In this document: in pieces, positions 1-13,242 of the stretch
Layout: each line of letters starts with the position of its first letter
Position numbering within the stretch: position 1 is the stretch's first letter
Origin: Takakia lepidozioides
Taxonomy: Eukaryota > Plantae > Bryophyta
Assembly: GCA_030704615.1 (NCBI GenBank)
Contig: CM060731.1
Coordinates: 53,320,001-53,384,000 of the forward strand
DNA length: 64,000 bases
Direction of reading: 5' to 3'
Made by a program: the position numbers and the translations under genes
Notes under the pieces: generated by a model
What the model saw: the letters and a program-made list of their open reading frames with translations, nothing else
Databases searched by the model: none
Told to the model about the DNA's origin: nothing

Positions 1-171
1 GGCGTGGTCGAACTCAAATAGGATAGGGCCCATGGGGAGATAATGAAACCAAGAGGAGATAGAAGCGGAGAAGTAGAATCGGTCAAGCCAAAGACCTGTC
101 CAGGCCATCTCGAACCCATCCAGGCCATCTCTTCAAGGGCTTCCCTTGAGCCTGCTAGATGATAGACCCCC

Positions 172-805
172 ATGAATCTCTCTCTACATTCATGGAACAT
201 AAGGGGTTTGGGCTCTGATTCTGCTGCCCCTAAGAGGAATAGATTAAAAAGATGGTTTGCCTCTCTTCCTCTCTCCAATTTTGTAATCCTCCTACAGGAA
301 CATAAACTTAATTCATCCAAGGTTTTTGCTCTTGGTAATCAAGTCGCTAGCCTCTCAAGCTTGGTGGAATCCAACTTATGAGGGCTCCCGGGGAGGCTAT
401 GCTTTTCTGGTCTCTTCCTCCCTTTTGCCTTCTGTCTCCTCAGTTGATTCATGGGTTTTGGGTAGAGTTCAATGTCTTTTCATTAATACTCCTAATCATG
501 CTGGGATGCTTGGGATTATCAATGTCTATGCTCATAATTCTTCCCTAGACAGAGCCCAGCTCTGGTGCATAATCAGATCTAGGATTTTGGCCTTGCCTCA
601 TGTTGATCATTGGATCCTTGCAGGGGACTTAAACATGGTTGAAGCCCCTTCAGATAGGTTAGGCCAGGATTCCTCTGTGCTCTCTGTCTCTGAACTTCAT
701 GAATGGGAAGCACTCATACTCTCGGTTGGTCTTGCAGACAATTATTCTTTCCCCCTCTCTCCCGCTTTTTCCTGGTCCAACAATCGGGCCCCGCCGGATA
801 GACTG
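172..805 (+). mobile_element. Non-LTR (LINE, L1/Tx1-like) retrotransposon fragment: APE-type endonuclease domain of ORF2, frameshifted and truncated
   Basis: ORF 172-381 starts SWNIRGL...ILLQEHKL. ORF 326-838 continues in another frame with INVYAHN, WILAGDLN and FSWSN. These are the conserved motifs of LINE AP-endonucleases. Frameshift near 320-350; similarity stops near 805, before any reverse transcriptase. Confidence 0.85.
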
Positions 806-1527
806 ATGATGATAATTTATAAGTGCATAATTGTATGATTTTTTAATTTTGATTATGGATGAAAGTAAAACTCGCTATTCACTGCACAAACGAGGAGCCA
901 TTATGCTTGTTATATGTGATTAAGTTAAAAGTTTATAAAGAAGGCTTATGGTTTGTACGTTTGTATGACGGTTTTATTTTATTTTCCTCCTAATAATCCC
1001 AAATAAAGCCTTTAAAAAAAAAATTGAACAGGGGACGTGGCCCTGGATCGAAGCCTCTTTTACTCTTACTTTTATTCTAAAATTATTACCCAAAAAACAA
1101 ATACTGAGGGATGTGGATTTTGTCATCCTTATCTGGGTTGGCGGATCCCACCTAGTGATTGCCAAGGAGAAGAATATGTCACAGCGATGGCCCCACGGCC
1201 GCAGAACTGATTGATTGATGTACGGGGTACCAATGTGCCTTACGCTTCAAGTTTCCAAAACATTATTCTAATTGCACCCCACACTCCCCTCCTCAGATGA
1301 GAGAATTATGACTTAATTCAGATGTTGCTATGCTATTCAGGTTTTGCCGGGGTTGGTGTCATGATAGCATAGCAAGCTCATCGCAAGCACAGATAAAGCC
1401 CATTCCACCAGTATAGGGGTACCTAATATGTTTGAAACAAATATGCAAGTCGCAGACATATGGTCTATTATGTATACATCTACTTATTTATTAGCTCCTC
1501 TTATTCTAAAGAGGAGACCACACACCA

Positions 1528-1779
1528 GTGTCAAAAATTGCTAAGCCCCTGTTGTGCCTTCCCTGGGTGTCACCTCTTCTCATTTGCTGAAAACTACCTC
1601 CATGATGTGTCTTCTCTAGGTAGGCTAAGACATAACTCATGTAACATCTTTGTTGGCTCGTCTTTAGAATAAAGAGAAGACTATGCACTGGTGTCAAAAA
1701 TTGCTAAGCCCAGTGCCTTCCCACGGGTCACCTCCTCCCCCTTTGTTTAAACTTGTTCATGATGTGCCTTCTCCAGGTA
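1528..1779. repeat. Two diverged ~90-bp direct repeats (1528-1623 and 1691-1779)
   Basis: Both copies begin gtgtcaaaaattgctaagccc and end catgatgtg(t/c)cttctc(t/c)aggta. Confidence 0.75.
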
Positions 1780-4027
1780 ACACCTCTCTCATATCTATTG
1801 TATTGAACAGAAAGAAATGGATGAATTTTCAAGTTTATTATGGATGGAAGTAGATTTCATTATTCACAAAGAGGAGCCATATGCGACTAGCCTCTTGTTA
1901 TTGAACAACTTATGTGAATTAAATGGATCAAGTTTAGTGTAGTACTGTTAACACAAAACAGTTGCAATTTCTAACATTAGCACACATTTTTGTTTCGCCA
2001 TCACATACTCTTTGCATACTCCTAAAATATGTAGGATATCCTTGTTTTGCTTGCGTGAGCATGCTCTCAGGCTACCCACCTCCAGATTTTGTAATTTACG
2101 TCGATTCCAAAGGTTGACTCGGTATGTCCGATTTTGAGTGGTGTGTTGGTGTTTTCTACTAGCCCTGAACTCATACATAATCTTAGTCTAGGGAACCAAG
2201 CTCGAGAGTATCATGGGGACTTCAACTCACTGACAAGATCACTGTCACATTCCTCTCCATGTTCATTTTTATTCGGTATATGCCATGGTTAAGCATTTTC
2301 AGATTGCATTATTATGAATTATGAGTTGGTGGCTTGTGGCCGTCAGGTCGGAACCACACACGGACTTTTTCTTGTACGTACGACATGGGATCATTGGGGA
2401 CTTCTAAGTCAATAAAACAGTCAGTTGTGTTGCTTACGGAAACACCCAAAGTCATATGGGAGGGTCCGGCGATGTGTCGGAGAAATAGCAGTTTGCCACA
2501 TGGGCAGTTTTTATCAGTGTGACGTGAAGCTAGCAGGCGAGTCCTTTTAAGTCAGTCGACGGAGGGTTGTGTCGGTCGTTCGTCAAAAGGGACGAAGGTT
2601 GTTTGGGTTGCCAGAGTGGGGTTCAAATTCACAGCTACGCAATACAGGGCGCTTGGATTCTTGGTGCAGGAGGGGAGGGGCCCTTAGCTTCTTGACCCAG
2701 TTTTTGGTCCGGGCAACCCTCGATCTCAATCTGTTTTGCAGTTTTTTCTGATTGTGTGCAGATCAACCAAGAATCTGATTGCGGGTTTCAATCTGCCGTT
2801 CACGCACATGACGACGAGGATTTTTGGGGAAGAAGTAAGTATATCCTGTGGCCTTTCAAGCTCAATCATCTCTCTTGTGCTTAGTGTTCACCTTATTACG
2901 GGTTTGTTTCAGGGAGACCCGACTCCCTTGAACTCATGGGGAAGAGAATTAATAATACAAAGATTGAAGCCTCTAAAATCTGGAACTGGGTTGAACTCGG
3001 ATACGCAAACGCAAGAATCTTTTTGATCATATCAACACTTTCCCTTCCCGACTCGGAGGCCTGACATGGCCATAAGAGGAAAACTTGACATCTAAAATTG
3101 GAACTTCAAATGGGTTAAGTTGCACGGCTGGGAAGATGAAAAGGCAGTGCTGGATATTTTCATGCGTGACTACACATCAGAAGCAGTATCATCATTATCG
3201 ATCATGAATCGTGGCAGTTATTACGTGCAAGTGCTAAAGCTTACAGCAGAATTGAGGACCTGTTGTGCAACCGACAAGATGTACATTGTTTGTGTAGTTT
3301 GCAGGAGTACTTCCAAGTGCCAGTTACAAACTCTCTACGACCAGTGGCTGCAACGAACAGAGACATTTAGCAGGCTGCTGAACTCTTTCTTTGCCAAGTA
3401 GACTGACAGATGGAAACCATACTGTACACAACCATCAAGCGTCGTCCTGTCCCGATAAAAAATTTATGTTCATTGAAGCAGTTGAATTTTAGACTGAAGC
3501 CCGAGAGACCAAATCCCTCATACAACAATCTCTCGAGCACCAATAATCTCTACCCCGCCGAGTCAAACTTGAAAGATTGTCTCGAGTGCTGTTCTTCATT
3601 CTGATCAATCAACAGGAAGGAATTTCTATGCTAGAAAAAATAGACAAAAAAGGCGTGATCTCAGTATCATGGGAAACGACCGGGTGTCGAGGAGGCGTCG
3701 AACAGCTCGCGACCGCATCATCCAGGTCCTGATCTTGGTTGGTATGGTTTATGCGCCCAAGCTCAATGGGCTGAAGTGTGTAAGACAACGGACGTTACTC
3801 GAGCTAAACTTCTGTACAAAACTTGGCCTAACTTACTTCAGGTTCAAGTCTAGAGAGCATGTTGACACGCTCTGCTTTAAAGCAAATAATAAATTATGTA
3901 CATATCCTTCTCGTCTGCTAATCGCCTACTCTCTTCTCAAAGTGTTCTGTCACAAATGCCTGCTCCGGATATCCCGGAATTGCTCAGCCCTCGTAGGACC
4001 CAATCATGTGTGCCAAAATATGGACTT

Positions 4028-6495
4028 CTAGATCTCGTCCAAAATTGCAGCCAGCTTTTGAAGCTCTTGAGATGGGTGCGATACAGGCAGTGACGCGCCT
4101 GCATAGGACCAAGAGTCACTGGAGGGCTGCCAGGGCTCGAAGGTGGAAGTGTCGTCGGTTGTTTGATTGGTCTCACACATGTCAGACCACTGGTACCCAT
4201 ATTCCGGATTGGTCTGCGTGAAGCAGGACCCGGCCAAGACTTCATAAGCACCAGGCAAGAGGCGGCGAAATGCGGCTACTTGAGCAGGTTGCATTGCTTT
4301 GAGAGAGTTCAACTCATATGCATTGTAGGCAGCAAATTCACTTCCTCCCAGATCGATACTGTTCAAATGACAAGGCTGGATGTCTCCTGGAAATAGTGTT
4401 TCTTGCTTAGGAAACCTGCCAAGCTGACTTCCAGTATCATAATGAAGCCATGGACCACCATCGCACCTTCCACGATGTGGTGGGGCTGAACCCTGAGACT
4501 CGATTGAACCACCATCCGAGCTCCCACAATAATTTGTAGCTGAACCAAACTGAACATGTTGTTCCCACACCCGACGCTTATCCGACAGGAAACCCATACC
4601 TTTCCATGAATTATTTTGTTTTGGTGGATCTCCCGCTGAAAACATGGAGTCCGTAGACTCTTCATCGGACCTCCCGTGCGTGATAACACTCGAAGGAGAT
4701 AAAGGTGGATACGCTTTGCTCGCTATCAGATGTCTCACTTGTTTCTCCCTAGGGATTCCAAATTCAATCTCCAAAATGTCTAGCAGCTCCCGTTTGGAAG
4801 CTTCGTCCAGCGTGATTCTACAGTGGTCATACTGTGGATATTGGATAGTGTCTTTCATGCCTCCGATTGGTGCATGCACTCCTAGAAATACTCCCTCTCC
4901 TTCCGGAAGCACTGAACCCTCGGTGAGCACCCTAGCTTGGGACGTGACCTCCCTTGCAGATTCCGGGTTTACTTTCCACTCGTTAGTTCCAGAGGCAGGC
5001 TGAACATATCGCTTGAGCAGTTCCTCCTTGCGCTTGTCATGAACAGAATCAGCTGCAGGTCTCATCTCAAAACCAACATTTTCTTTCATGGAATTATTTG
5101 AATCTTCTGGGCAGTCGTCGTCGTCAGTGTAGGCTGGTTCTGCATCAAGTGTAGCACCCACCCTTTGAAGCACGGCGTCAGATGTTGTGCCAGCTTGCAA
5201 GGGTTTGTGAGTGGCGGGGTCGATCCCCATGTGCCGCAGCTTCTTCTTCAATCGGGTATTCCAATAGTTTTTTATTTCATTGTCAGTGCGGCCTGGAAGT
5301 TGCGCTGCGATCCGTGACCACCTGTCCCACACATTACCACATGAGATTCATATCCACCGCTATAGATATGACTTCACATGTCAACTTCAAACAACAAGGA
5401 TACTCGGTGAGTTTCTAGTGCTCGTCATCAGATTTCAACATTACTTTGTCATTGACTAGTAAGGGAACAAACGATGTCCAACCAGGTCCTGCCGAGAGCA
5501 GGCAACATTTTGCTGGACAAAACTTGCATGGACAGGATTTCCGAGAGACAGAATATGTTTCTTGAGGATTGTGCAGAGGCCCACTGCAAGGGCGAAGTAT
5601 AGCCGGAAACAGAGGAGAACCGTAGGATGGGAGACGGAAACAGGACCACCAAAAACTCGGAACTCGAAAATGTAGTCGAACGCATACAGATAATCTTTGA
5701 GACAGGACAAGGGATGAGAGAAAAGCGGGAAGCTTGGCCTGGTTTGTTTGGCAGCGGCATTGTCGCTCCTAAGACCCTATAATAAGATGAGCTACCTTGC
5801 TTGTATTTGAACGTCCATCAGGGAGCTGTACATGTAAACTGCTTTAGCAATCTTATTCCGAGATAAGTGGGTGATCGCAACTGTTTAATCTTTCAAGTAC
5901 ACGTTCTTAGCGCGCCGATGTCTGCATGGTCGGAGGTACGTACCGATTGCCTAGGGTGGCATGAAGGTCCAGGATGAGCTGTTCTTCAGCGGTGCTGAAA
6001 ACCCCACGCTTCAAATCCGGCCTCAAATAGTTGGTCCATCGAAGACGGCAGCTCTTACCACAACGTAACAACCCTGCCAAGATTCATTACCACATCCAAC
6101 GCATGTTAGGAGTGGCGGTTAATGTTCCGCCCACTTGGAGATGTCTCATCTCAAATGCGAGCTTACTGTCAAGCGAGCTCGGAATCCCTTGCCGGGAAAT
6201 TCAGAAACAGATAAGAACTGAACGAATACTTGATCATAGTCCTGAGAACTAGGAGATGAAGAAAGACGCTGATTGTCAGACCGCTGGTGATCATAAGATA
6301 TATGTGTACACACACATCGAGAAAAGAACAGGCATGGAAAGAAGGCTGCCATAGCACCGCACCTGCCAGTTTCGGCACAGCACGCCAGCAGCCGAGGCCA
6401 TGGGTATTTATGAAGGAGACAAGCTTCTGATCTTCTTCACAGGTCCACGGCCCTTTCTTCAACCCCACCTTGTCACAGCACGGTTTCCTCCCCAT
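4028..6495 (-). CDS. R2R3-MYB transcription factor, Physcomitrium Pp2-like; exons 6495-6363, 6073-5944, 5321-4028; 518 aa
   Basis: Spliced translation: [25 protein letters not shown]...[10 protein letters not shown]|[23 protein letters not shown]...LHATLGNR|[41 protein letters not shown]. Exons 1 and 2 have the canonical plant R2R3-MYB sizes (133 and 130 bp), both introns are GT-AG, and the frame is preserved to TAG at 4030-4028. The similarity to moss Pp2 is from recall, not a search. Confidence 0.96.
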
Positions 6496-8476
6496 AATGT
6501 CGACAAGTGGCTTTACCAGATTGCTTCTCTGGAAAATTTTCTCGAGGCCTCTGTTCTCTCTCACTCAGCAAGCTTCTCTACTGGCTAAGTCCAGTTCAGT
6601 ATTTGGGAAAAATGGTGGAATTGAGTCCTTAGAACATTGCATGGAAGCGGAAGTTCCATGGTGAGGCATCGTCTACAATGCGGCCAAACGACCTTCCAGC
6701 AGAGTGCACGAGTGTGAGATATCTCTCTCTCCTTGCTCTATCAATATCACCAGAACCATTTGTTTTCTCATTCTCTCTGTCTCTCTCGCCCGTCCACCTC
6801 TGCCAGTGGCGTAGCGGGTGCCAACAGACGTTGCTGCCCCGCAGCGATGTGGCCTCTCTCTCCACTTCTCTTCTCTGCGACGTCGTCTTCGCCGCTCCTT
6901 CTGCGCTCTTTCCTTGGCTGCGCTATAATAAAGAGGCGGGGTCTTAACTGAGCTCGCTCGCCTAGTTATGGATCCGTGCGGACTACTAGTAACTGCCCCG
7001 GTTACCCGCTGCTAACCACGTATCCGTTGACCTCATATGTCTTAATCGCTTTACTTTGCGAGTGTGGGGCCGATTGCCTGAATGACAAGTCTAAATACCC
7101 TTTTTCCGAACTCTCGGATTACAGTACGGAAGTTGGTCGGTGCACTGAATATCAGTTTTGCTTAGCGACTCATTCATTTGCGTGCATCGTAATTTGTAGA
7201 GCATCAAAAGATTTTTGAAGAGGACCTGCGCATTGGGGCCGTCGAAGGTCAACCAGTCGATGATTTTTAAGTGACTCAACGTCCTGAAGCAGCTGTTTTT
7301 TAAGTTTGACTATGGCCCAAGCCAACCCATTTTTTGTTTCGTTGACAGCGTTTTATTTGGAATTAATCACAGGAAAGCAAATTAAGACCTAAAAGAGGTT
7401 CGAGGTAATTTAGAAGTCCTAATTTAGAGTCCAAATGTTTTTTATTTTCCCCCCGAAAAATGGGGACGGTGGCCCTGAAGTATTGACATTTGTCAGACAG
7501 ACAGGGGTTTTTAAGATTGTTGTTATTTTTTAACGAGAAAAGGATCGTGTCCAACTGTGATCTTGCGCGAAATCTCCATGACCTTTATAATTTATTTATT
7601 TTACTAAAAATTGATTTTTTCAACAGTGGCTGTGCCGGCCTGTACATTAGCCAGTGGGTCTGGGGTTCGATTTCTCGACCCCCTGTTTGCTGTTACTCGC
7701 TGACAAGGAAATTTATGTTCCCCCTGAAGGCCCAGTTGCTGGGTCTGACGTTTCCTTGCAGTGGAAACCAAAAAACAGAGACAATTGCAAATTCTTGGCA
7801 CCCTTTCTTTTTCTTTTTCTTTTAAATATATATATATATATAAGGGAAACACCTGGGAGCGACAGATGTTTGTTTTATTTTATTTTATTTTTATTTTTAT
7901 TTTTATTTTCCAAGAACTTAGGGAAGAGAAGACAGGCTGTAAATCATATGAAAGAAAAATTGTTTTGAAAATTTCCGGAACCTAAAAATGGGCTACGACC
8001 AAAATGTTTGTATAAAAAGCTGTGATTTTCATTGTTTTTGTCTTCATATCAATTTGTTGAGTCTTTATTTCAAGAGATGACTGTAATGTAGGAAAGAGAT
8101 GACCATGCCACCCAAATCACTGCGGTCGTCAACAAACGCTCACTTTCCTCCTTTTCTATTAACTCTTCCGTGACTAGAATGAATGTATCGTCAGCACTAT
8201 CCAGCATTTGTCATCCGTCCGTGAGGAGCGCCAGCAGCACGGGCCCATATATGGCCATGCGGCGTATAAAAGCAACATGTGGTCAATAAATACGATTAAA
8301 AATGAAGAAATGGATGAAACATGTCGTGAATGAACGAATGACGTTTCATCTACGACATCTGTTTCAGCAAGCGACAGCTGGAGGCAAGAAAACAAGACTT
8401 CAATAATATTTATAACAACAATAACAAGACTTCAGAATCGGCTGCACTGTTTGTATTCTCTGACCTCGATTCGTTC

Positions 8477-8710
8477 CACACTTTGATCCACCGCCGCAGT
8501 GCATCACAATCAGCCCACAATGGGCCCTCACGGCACCGAATTCGATGCTTTCGAGGGAAACCCACCAACATTTTGATCCACCGCTACTTATGACGATCAA
8601 CCCAATGGCCCCTTACAGAGTTCGATTCTTTCAAGGGACACTTCGATCCATCGCCGCTATCCATCGCAATCAACCCAGTAGCCTTTCCGAATTCGATTCT
8701 TTCCAGGTGC
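8477..8710. repeat. Degenerate tandem repeat, ~3 units of 70-90 bp
   Basis: Recurring units of the form cactttgatccaccgc...atcaaccca...gaattcgattctttc. Confidence 0.65.
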
Positions 8711-9488
8711 ACTAATTGGAATTAACGTCAAAACATTCCGATCCAAATTCAACAATGGCACTCACCGATAATAACAAGGGACAAGGAGTGAGACTTCGAG
8801 CAGTATCTTCAATTTTAGCATGGAATTTGCAAGATTTCTATTTGATTTGGACCCACTACAAAACTGTGGAATTAAATAAAAATTTCGGAGAGGAATCTAA
8901 AAGTCTAAAACACCATCTTATTTCCCCGTAAGAGTACAATCCATAAAAGACACTTTCATCCTCCCAGTTTCTGGGCCTCTGGTCCCAATTAATAAATATT
9001 TAAATGCCGCAACGGATCCGGAAGTTTGCGATAACCGAAACCCTCCACTAATCTCCCGAACGAATGTCTCCCTTCACATTCCATGGATGCCTCGCCTCCA
9101 TCTCATCCCCGGCGTTCGTGAAACTCCGACACTGAATCACGGCGGGAAGCTTCCGGCTCTCCGAAACTAGCGCACAAATAACCCGCTCCATAGAATCCCC
9201 GCTTTCCCCGCCACTTAATTCCGGTCTCGAAACTCCCCCGTACGGAAATGCTCGGTGCCGTACCCCGCGTCCTTTTCTGCCACACTCAGATCTCAGTATC
9301 TCTGCTATTTATACACCGCATACGTCGCCGGCCCCTCCCTCGACATACCTTCTTAACTACTCCGTATTCGACGGCCCCTACATTACCCGCAATACGCTGG
9401 TCGGCAGCTACCCCGCCCTTTGCTGTTACGCTGACGTGGCTGAATTATTGGCAGGCATTTGTCGGCACCTTCTTCACTCTGTGAAGGC

Positions 9489-9762
9489 TAGTGTTTTTTT
9501 CTGAAATCTGAAAAAAACCGCGAGTGGCTACAGAGTTTTGCAAAGAATAGCCATATGTTCTGTTCATCCATTGAAATTAGGACAGAATCATCCAAATCGA
9601 TACGTTTATCCATTTATAACATCCATATTTGGAGAATTCATCCATAATTTATTTGTTGTTTGGAGAAATTTGGCGATTTCATCCATAAAAAAACAGGGAA
9701 TTTTCGACAGAATATTTTACTTTATTTTCTGAGGTCGAAAATTCGCCAGCAAAAAAACGCTG
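9489..9762. mobile_element. Non-autonomous hAT element (MITE), 274 bp, with 8-bp target-site duplication
   Basis: Termini tagtgttttttt ... aaaaaaacgctg form an imperfect TIR. They are flanked by a perfect 8-bp direct repeat gtgaaggc at 9481-9488 and 9763-9770; an 8-bp TSD is typical of hAT. Internal catccat subrepeats. Confidence 0.88.
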
Positions 9763-11246
9763 GTGAAGGCTGTATTCTCGCTCCACTAGAGATTCGATAT
9801 CCTCTGTAGTGTCAAGATAAATTAGGGGAATGTAGGTCGGCAACATGCTAGGTAGGGAGGACAAAGCGTAGAGGACTTCGGATGCTGGTCCAGAGATTCT
9901 TCTGACTACTCATCAACTATCCCCCCCGTACCTCCTTCACACATCATCCATCCACTCGCAGGTACAACACAAAAGCACCACCCCAAGAGCTCCTTTCCCA
10001 AGTTTAGATTGATAGTATTTCTCCAAGCAAATCAGCCACATGGCTCTCATGCATAGGAAGCTCAAATTCCAGGTGCTGTGACAGCAAGGCCGCCACATAA
10101 GCTAATCCATATACTCTACATACGAGTACTCCATAGCGTATGCGTACGGCCACGCTATGGGTATACTGGAACAGTTTTGGAGGCCCCGACCTTTTCACGC
10201 CAATGATGCTGGTCGAAGGGACGGATGGATGGGGATGCGGATGCGGAGGCGATGCCTGACGTGGCGCGCGGCGAGAGACAGTGATTGCCCGTACAGCGCG
10301 GCCGTAACACGGCTCTACCGCCCCCGCTCTGCGCCACCGCGGCAACCGCGCGGGCCTCGGGCGACGGCGCCGGCCGCGTGGCGGCGGGGCCCGCCTATCC
10401 CGCGGCTGCTTCCACATGGCGGCCATGCGTGGCCGCTCTGGTCGCGCCATGATGGGTCGCAGTGATGAGCATGATGGTGCGCGGGAGAGAGAGAGGGTCG
10501 CAGGGGAGAGATGACGAGGAAGGGGGGGAGAGAGAGGGGTTGGTTTGGTGCGGCAGGGATATCGAGAGGGTGATCGCAGGAGACGTGGAGAGGGGGCAGG
10601 TGGATGGGTCATGGCCAGACTGGCGATGGTATATTGTCCGGCATTGATGAGAAGCGACAAGGAGACACATCCTGGAGCTCTGAGCGGAGCCCAGCTCTGC
10701 AGAAGGGGGGCCATGTGCTGAGCTCTGGTCAATGCCACGAGTGCCACTTTAGACCCATTTGTCGGCAGCAGTCTTGGCCACAAGTCGCGCTGCTGGCATC
10801 GCCTGCTCTGGGAATTTGTGCCTGCAGAGGGTATCCAACAGCAGATGGGGTTCGCCTTGTAATGAGCTTTTTGGAATCTCGTTCCAGCACATTTGAGGCA
10901 GCTTGGTATTCCGCCAGTGGCATTCTAAAAGTCGTGTTTCTTACCTCACCCGGTTCTAGAATCTGGCGCAAGCTGCTTGAATGCATCTTACATTTGGCAG
11001 GCAATATTTTAAACAGTCACATAAGTCAATATTGTACTACCACTGGCAAACTGGCAGACATGGATCATATGAGTATTGGTTGAATCGCCCTGTTTGTCAT
11101 GTTAATCTCCCAATTTCTGAAATTTTATACAATGATCGAGAAGCGTCTCTACTACAAATACCTGTAAGTTCTGCAGTAAATTACACCTCTTGTACTTGTG
11201 TGACCCAGGTTGAGATCAAGCACATGCAGGCTGAGTCCGGGCCGAC

Positions 11247-13242
11247 CCCAATGTAGCCAGCCGGTGGTTTGTTTTCTGCTTGGGAGGTGATCACATGTGG
11301 TTGGCTGGCTTTATCAGAAACTGTGTGTTGATATGATATCAACAGAGATCATTTCTCTAGTTCCAGGAGTACAGCAGCTTCAAGTGCTTATGGCCTCTCA
11401 ATACTATCCAGGTACCGCTAGACCCTCTAATATGAATTAGCTCGACATACCCCAACCAGAGGGGAGAACTAGCATATCTCCAAAGGCTCTAAATTAATTT
11501 TATTGGAACTGAGTGCGTATCTGCCCTTCTACCCCAGCTCAATTGTACGCTTGCAGTACTCGTTATGTGGTATGATGCTTGAAGCAAATATGTACCAACT
11601 TTTCATTTTCTGGTGGTTTGTAATCCTCTTGGAAAGTCTAGTCTATTTGTAGGAGTACATTCTCATTGTGTACATGGTCTGGCCTAGGGGGATCTTTGTC
11701 TACCAAAATGAGCTCTACATGCATCTTAGAGATATTATACATGCTGATGATTTTAAGTACAAGTTTCTATGTCAACTAGCCTCACTATGTTCGTCCGGTT
11801 AGTTTGAAGTGGTATCAAATCTTCAGCAATGTATAAACAGACTCGAATCATGACATTGACCATGTACAATTATTTGGCAACAGCATTTGACATTTAGTTT
11901 GCAGAGACAATCCACATGCTTACACCTTCTTTGATGCATTAGCCAACCACGAGGTGTGCTTTTTCAAGCCGTGGGTGTCTTGTTGTATGCTCTAGAGAAC
12001 TAACTAAATGCCAAGAGTTTTGTCAGTGGAAATTCTTAAAGTTGTGAGCTATCTTTTTCTTCTTTGCAAGTAGGTCCTTCGATTGAGCTTGTTACAACGA
12101 GAGGCTACTATTTGTGAGCTACTATTAGTGAGCTCGTGAAGGCATGCTTAACATGCTTAAAGATCTACAATATTTTCCATGGACAATCTGAAACTGGCAC
12201 ATACAGTTGGAGATTCTTATAGGCTTCTAAGAATTGTGAATCTGTACTTAATAGATGTCAAAAGTTGGCGAAAGAGATCACACAATTTGATGCCTATAAG
12301 AATCTCCAACAGTCTATGTCAGTTTCAGATTGTCCATGGAAAATATCGTAGATCGCTAAGCATGTTAAGCATGCATTCACGAGTTCACGAGCTCATAATT
12401 TGTAGCCTCTGGTTGTAACAAGCTCAAGCGAAGGACCTACTTGCAAAGAAGAAAAAGACAGCTCACTACTTTAAGAATTTCTATTGACAAAACTCTTGGC
12501 ATTTGGTTAGTTTTCTACAGCATACAACAAGACACCCATGGCTTGAAAAAGCACAATCCGTGGTTGGCTAATGCATCAAAGAATGTATGCATGTGGACTG
12601 TCTCTGCAAACTAAATGTCAAATGCGGTTGTCAAATAATTGTACATGGTCAATGTCATGCTTCGAGCCTGTTTATACATTGCTGAATATACTTCAAACTA
12701 AACGTACGAACAAAGCGTGCCAGTTGACATGGAAACTTGTAGTTTAAACATCAGCATGTATATTGTATCTAAGATGCATCTAGAGCTCATTTTGATAGAC
12801 AAAGATCCCCTTGGGCCAGACCATAGATGTACACAATGAGAATTTCTCACAAGGACACTGAACTTCCGAGAAGATTAAATAACCATTGGTCTAAATGAAG
12901 CTAAAAGTTAGTACATATTTGCTTCAATGATCATAATACAACCAATATTGTAAACGCACATCTGAACTCTAGAAGAGATGCGCGAACATGCACTCTTTGA
13001 GACAATATAATTAGTGTAGAGCCTCCTTCTCGAGATATGCTAGTTCTACTCTGTTTTGTTGGGTTATATCGAGCGGGTCAAGCAGCATTGAGAAGAGATA
13101 AGGGACCTGGAAAGCTACTGCTAGGACTAGAGAAATGATCTTTATTGATATCATGTCAGCACAAGGTATTTGATAAAGGCACCCAACCACATCTGATCAT
13201 GCCTGGGAAGTAGAACACAAATCACTCGCTAGCTACATTGGG
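11247..13242. repeat. Long inverted repeat (fold-back), ~1-kb arms, loop near 12240-12275
   Basis: cccaatgtagc (11247) pairs with gctacattggg (13242). gacattgaccatgtacaattatttg (~11852) pairs with caaataattgtacatggtcaatgtc (~12632). ttttccatggacaatctgaaactg (~12173) pairs with cagtttcagattgtccatggaaaa (~12320). Matching is colinear throughout and tighter toward the centre. Confidence 0.95.

Noticed and set aside
4028-5332. 434-aa ORF as a stand-alone single-exon gene
   Set aside because: It is exon 3 of the MYB gene. The listed start is a GTG inside intron 2, and the real acceptor gives an exon start at 5321.
6169-6564. 131-aa ORF with an N-terminal extension before MGRKPCC
   Set aside because: The upstream start is not ATG and the C-terminal part is intron 1 read-through. 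The conserved start is the ATG at 6495.
10004-10783. 259-aa ORF and overlapping ORFs in the GC-rich island
   Set aside because: Low-complexity Pro/Arg/Ala composition, several frames open because of GC richness, a non-ATG start and no recognisable domain.
12150-12250. LRR/NLR origin for the hairpin arm
   Set aside because: Only a vague leucine spacing with many stops; not supportable by eye.
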